From Candidatus Iainarchaeum sp. (lineage in GTDB: Archaea; Iainarchaeota; Iainarchaeia; Iainarchaeales; CSSED10-239), in assembly GCA_937968065.1 (NCBI GenBank), contig CALBUD010000030.1:1-6166 (forward strand): 6,166 nucleotides of DNA, given 5' to 3'. Shown in pieces: positions 4,360 to 6,166 of the stretch (position 1 is its first letter; each line of letters starts with the position of its first letter). The position numbers and the translations under genes were made by a program. Below the pieces are notes generated by a model that was not told the DNA's origin, did no database searches, and saw only the letters and a program-made list of their open reading frames with translations.

Positions 4360-6054
4360 TCAATGAGTAAACCAAAAGTTATAAACCTTCTTTCCTTCTT
4401 TTTCTTCTATAGAATCAAGTCTTGCAAAACAAAATCTCTCAAACTGCACTATATCTCCAACTGAAAGTTTTTTGATTGATTTTTCTCCTTTTGTGTTTAT
4501 TGTTTCATGCTCTGGAGTAAAGATTGTAACATCTAACAATTGAGAAGAATCATCTGGAAGAAAATGAATAATTTTTTTGTTTTCTGACGCTTCTTCTTTA
4601 AAATTTAAATAATCCTCAGAATCAAAAATATATTTTCCATCCTCTACCCTAAAATTAACATTATCCATAAGCCTGATTAAATTTCCTTCTTTAAAAGATT
4701 CAAGATCTTCTTTTTCTATCAAGTAGTTTCCATTTGAAGAAAAATCTCTTTGTCCAAGATTTAAAGCAGGATGAAGAGAAAGAGAATATTTTTTACAAGG
4801 ATCATTTTCAACAATAATTTTTACAGGATTTTTAATTGTAAAAAATCTTTTTGAAGAATTATTTAAAACTCTTTTATTATATTTAATAATAGTATCCCAA
4901 GTTAACTTTGTACCAGCTGTTTTTGTAATTCCAGACTCTATAACTAATTGTATTATAGCCTCTTTTGTAAAACCCCTTCTTTTAAGTGCACGAAGAGTTG
5001 GAAGAGAAGGATCATCCCAACCTATTAAAATTCCGGATTCAATTTTTTCTCTAATCTCTCTTCCAGAAGATGCCATTCCTTCTAAATTAAATCTTGAAAA
5101 TTCATAAGTTGTTGTATCATATAGATTTAATATTTTTCTAATATACTTATGAAGCTCTGAAGCCATCTCAAACTCTAAAGTTCTAAGTCTGTGAGTTGTA
5201 TTAAGATAACCATCTAAAAATGCATTTTGAAAATCATAGGTAGGGTAATTTCTATGTTTATAACCTATTCTTGGATGTTCACAATCAATTATTCTAAAGA
5301 TTGTAGGATCTCTCATTCTTGAGTTTTTATGTTTTAGATCAATCTTAAGTCTTAAAGAAGCTTTTCCTTCAGGATAAGAATCCATCTCTTTCCATTTGAT
5401 TAGATTTTCTTGGAAAGATTTGCCTCTACACTCACAAGAAATTGATTTTTCTCTGTTTTTACTCATTTCTTCAGGAGTACAAAAACACACATACGCTTGT
5501 GACTTAATAATTAGTTTTTCTGCCATCTCTTTCATTAAATCTATATAATCAGAAGCATAAACAACCTCTTTTGGAACAGCTCCAAGCCATTTTAAATCCT
5601 CTTGTATGATTTTATAAAATTCTGGTTTTACAAGTCTAGGATTTGTATCTTCAAATCTTAAATAAAATTTTCCAGAATATTGTTTTGCTAAAAGATAATT
5701 TAAAAGAATAGATTTAGAATGACCTATATGTAAATATTTTTCAGGACCTGGTGGAAAACAAGTAACAACTTTTTCTCCCTCTTTAATATTTAGAAAAGCA
5801 AAGATATTTCTCTCTTCTTTTTCTTTTTTTTCAAAAAAAACAGGGTTAATCTCTTTTAAAAGCTCTTTTTGTTTTTCTAAAGAAAGAGAATTGATTTCTT
5901 CAATTAAAGGAAAAAGCTCTTCTTTAAGTTCATTTGTTTTTTGTCTATATTCTGGAAAATCTTTTAAAATTGCACCTAAGATAAACTTAATCTCTGCTTT
6001 TCCTTTATACTTAACAGCATTCTCTAAAATTATTTTTTTAAAAACATCTTTCAT
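4360..6054 (-). CDS. gltX: Glutamyl-tRNA synthetase, archaeal/eukaryote-like GlxRS type, 564 aa
   Basis: Class I HIGH motif in PPGPEKYLHIGHSKSILLNY, then RFEDTNP. CxC...CxC zinc knuckle in YVCFCTPEEMSKNREKSISCECRG. Conserved blocks MRDPTIFR, YPTYDF, THRLRTLEF, YEFSRFNLE and GWDDPSLPTLRALKRRG. N-terminal helical appendage (AVKYKGKAE...) and C-terminal VQFERFCFARLD, as I recall for archaeal GluRS. TGA stop. Confidence 0.92.
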   Translation of the reverse strand: MKDVFKKIILENAVKYKGKAEIKFILGAILKDFPEYRQKTNELKEELFPLIEEINSLSLEKQKELLKEINPVFFEKKEKEERNIFAFLNIKEGEKVVTCFPPGPEKYLHIGHSKSILLNYLLAKQYSGKFYLRFEDTNPRLVKPEFYKIIQEDLKWLGAVPKEVVYASDYIDLMKEMAEKLIIKSQAYVCFCTPEEMSKNREKSISCECRGKSFQENLIKWKEMDSYPEGKASLRLKIDLKHKNSRMRDPTIFRIIDCEHPRIGYKHRNYPTYDFQNAFLDGYLNTTHRLRTLEFEMASELHKYIRKILNLYDTTTYEFSRFNLEGMASSGREIREKIESGILIGWDDPSLPTLRALKRRGFTKEAIIQLVIESGITKTAGTKLTWDTIIKYNKRVLNNSSKRFFTIKNPVKIIVENDPCKKYSLSLHPALNLGQRDFSSNGNYLIEKEDLESFKEGNLIRLMDNVNFRVEDGKYIFDSEDYLNFKEEASENKKIIHFLPDDSSQLLDVTIFTPEHETINTKGEKSIKKLSVGDIVQFERFCFARLDSIEEKEGKKVYNFWFTH

Positions 6055-6073
6055 ATTTTATCTATATATATCC

Positions 6074-6082
6074 TTATATAAT
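6074..6082 (-). promoter_or_regulatory. TATA-box-like element (- strand ATTATATAA), candidate promoter for a leaderless or short-leader gltX mRNA
   Basis: It lies 20-28 nt upstream of the gltX ATG (6054). No Shine-Dalgarno lies at a functional distance from the ATG (only an AAGGA overlapping the TATA-like box), which fits archaeal leaderless initiation. A second ATATATATAG run lies at 6062-6071. Very AT-rich background. Confidence 0.3.
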
Positions 6083-6166
6083 ATTTGAAAAAACCATTTT
6101 TTTTTCTTTTTAACTTTTATTTTTTTTTTATTAATAACAGAAATAATTGATTTATGTTTCAATAAT

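Noticed and set aside
5056-5076. Apparent loss of the class I KMSKS lysine in GluRS. The loop between the YEFSRFNLE and GWDDP anchors reads GMASSGRE, where GlnRS/eukaryote-type enzymes read VMSKRK.
   Set aside because: My recollection is that archaeal GluRS enzymes generally carry an (L/M)S(T/S)SG-type loop here, for example ALSTSGAR in a methanogen enzyme. That would make this lineage-typical rather than a sign of a degenerate synthetase. A multiple alignment with archaeal GluRS would settle it.
5824-5840. T8-C-A8 homopolymer palindrome inside gltX. The sense strand reads TTTTTTTTGAAAAAAAA and encodes FFEKK, which might be an internal oligo-T terminator/attenuator or a slippage site.
   Set aside because: The reading frame is intact through it. 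Long A/T runs are everywhere in this genome, so this is most simply a compositional consequence of Phe/Lys codons. There is no evidence for regulation.
27-6054. A possible zinc theme linking the ZIP importer, the Zn-dependent MBL hydrolase and the GluRS zinc knuckle as one functional island
   Set aside because: The genes lie in separate transcription units on both strands. Zinc use is ubiquitous among such enzymes, and nothing in the sequence, such as a shared operator or a Zur-like box, ties them together.
5891-6088. 65-aa ORF on the + strand overlapping the 5' end and promoter of gltX
   Set aside because: It is antisense to the well-supported GluRS N-terminus and runs through its promoter. 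The translation is S/F/I-rich and low-complexity, so it is judged spurious.
1-6166. Looked for tRNA/rRNA/ncRNA genes, CRISPR repeats, transposase/integrase genes, terminal inverted repeats, toxin-antitoxin pairs and recoded stop codons
   Set aside because: There are no GC-rich cloverleaf-like segments and no regularly spaced direct repeats. No ORFs carry DDE, recombinase or toxin motifs. TGA (gltX), TAG (65-aa ORF) and TAA (all others) each terminate an ORF at a length consistent with its family, so the standard code applies.

Overview
This is a very AT-rich (roughly a quarter G+C by eye), densely coded 6.2-kb segment. I see no tRNA/rRNA genes, CRISPR arrays, transposase or integrase genes, or long repeats. 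I support eight CDSs. On the + strand: a ZIP-family metal transporter (27-773), then a 54-aa two-TM ORF missing from the supplied track (785-949). On the - strand: a full-length DisA-type diadenylate cyclase (952-2076). On the + strand, divergent from disA: a 124-aa orphan with a nucleoside 2-deoxyribosyltransferase/SLOG-like layout (2262-2636) and a HAD-IA hydrolase (2647-3273). On the - strand: a 65-aa two-TM protein (3407-3604, start revised from the track), a minimal MBL-fold hydrolase (3666-4232), and an archaeal-type glutamyl-tRNA synthetase (4360-6054). The GluRS architecture points to an archaeal host, plausibly a reduced, AT-rich DPANN-like lineage. It has an N-terminal helical appendage, a CxC...CxC zinc knuckle and a C-terminal FERFCFARLD motif. 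The genetic code looks standard, since TAA, TAG and TGA are all used as stops. The observations most worth following up are: (i) a bacterial-architecture DisA in this archaeal context, set head-to-head with a two-gene nucleotide-flavoured operon; (ii) two short membrane proteins that carry the only strong Shine-Dalgarno sites in the window; (iii) a GC-cored 14-bp inverted repeat, the only GC-rich intergenic element; (iv) convergent genes 2 nt apart whose oligo-T termination signals lie inside each other's 3' coding ends. All family calls rest on motifs read by eye, and no database search was possible.
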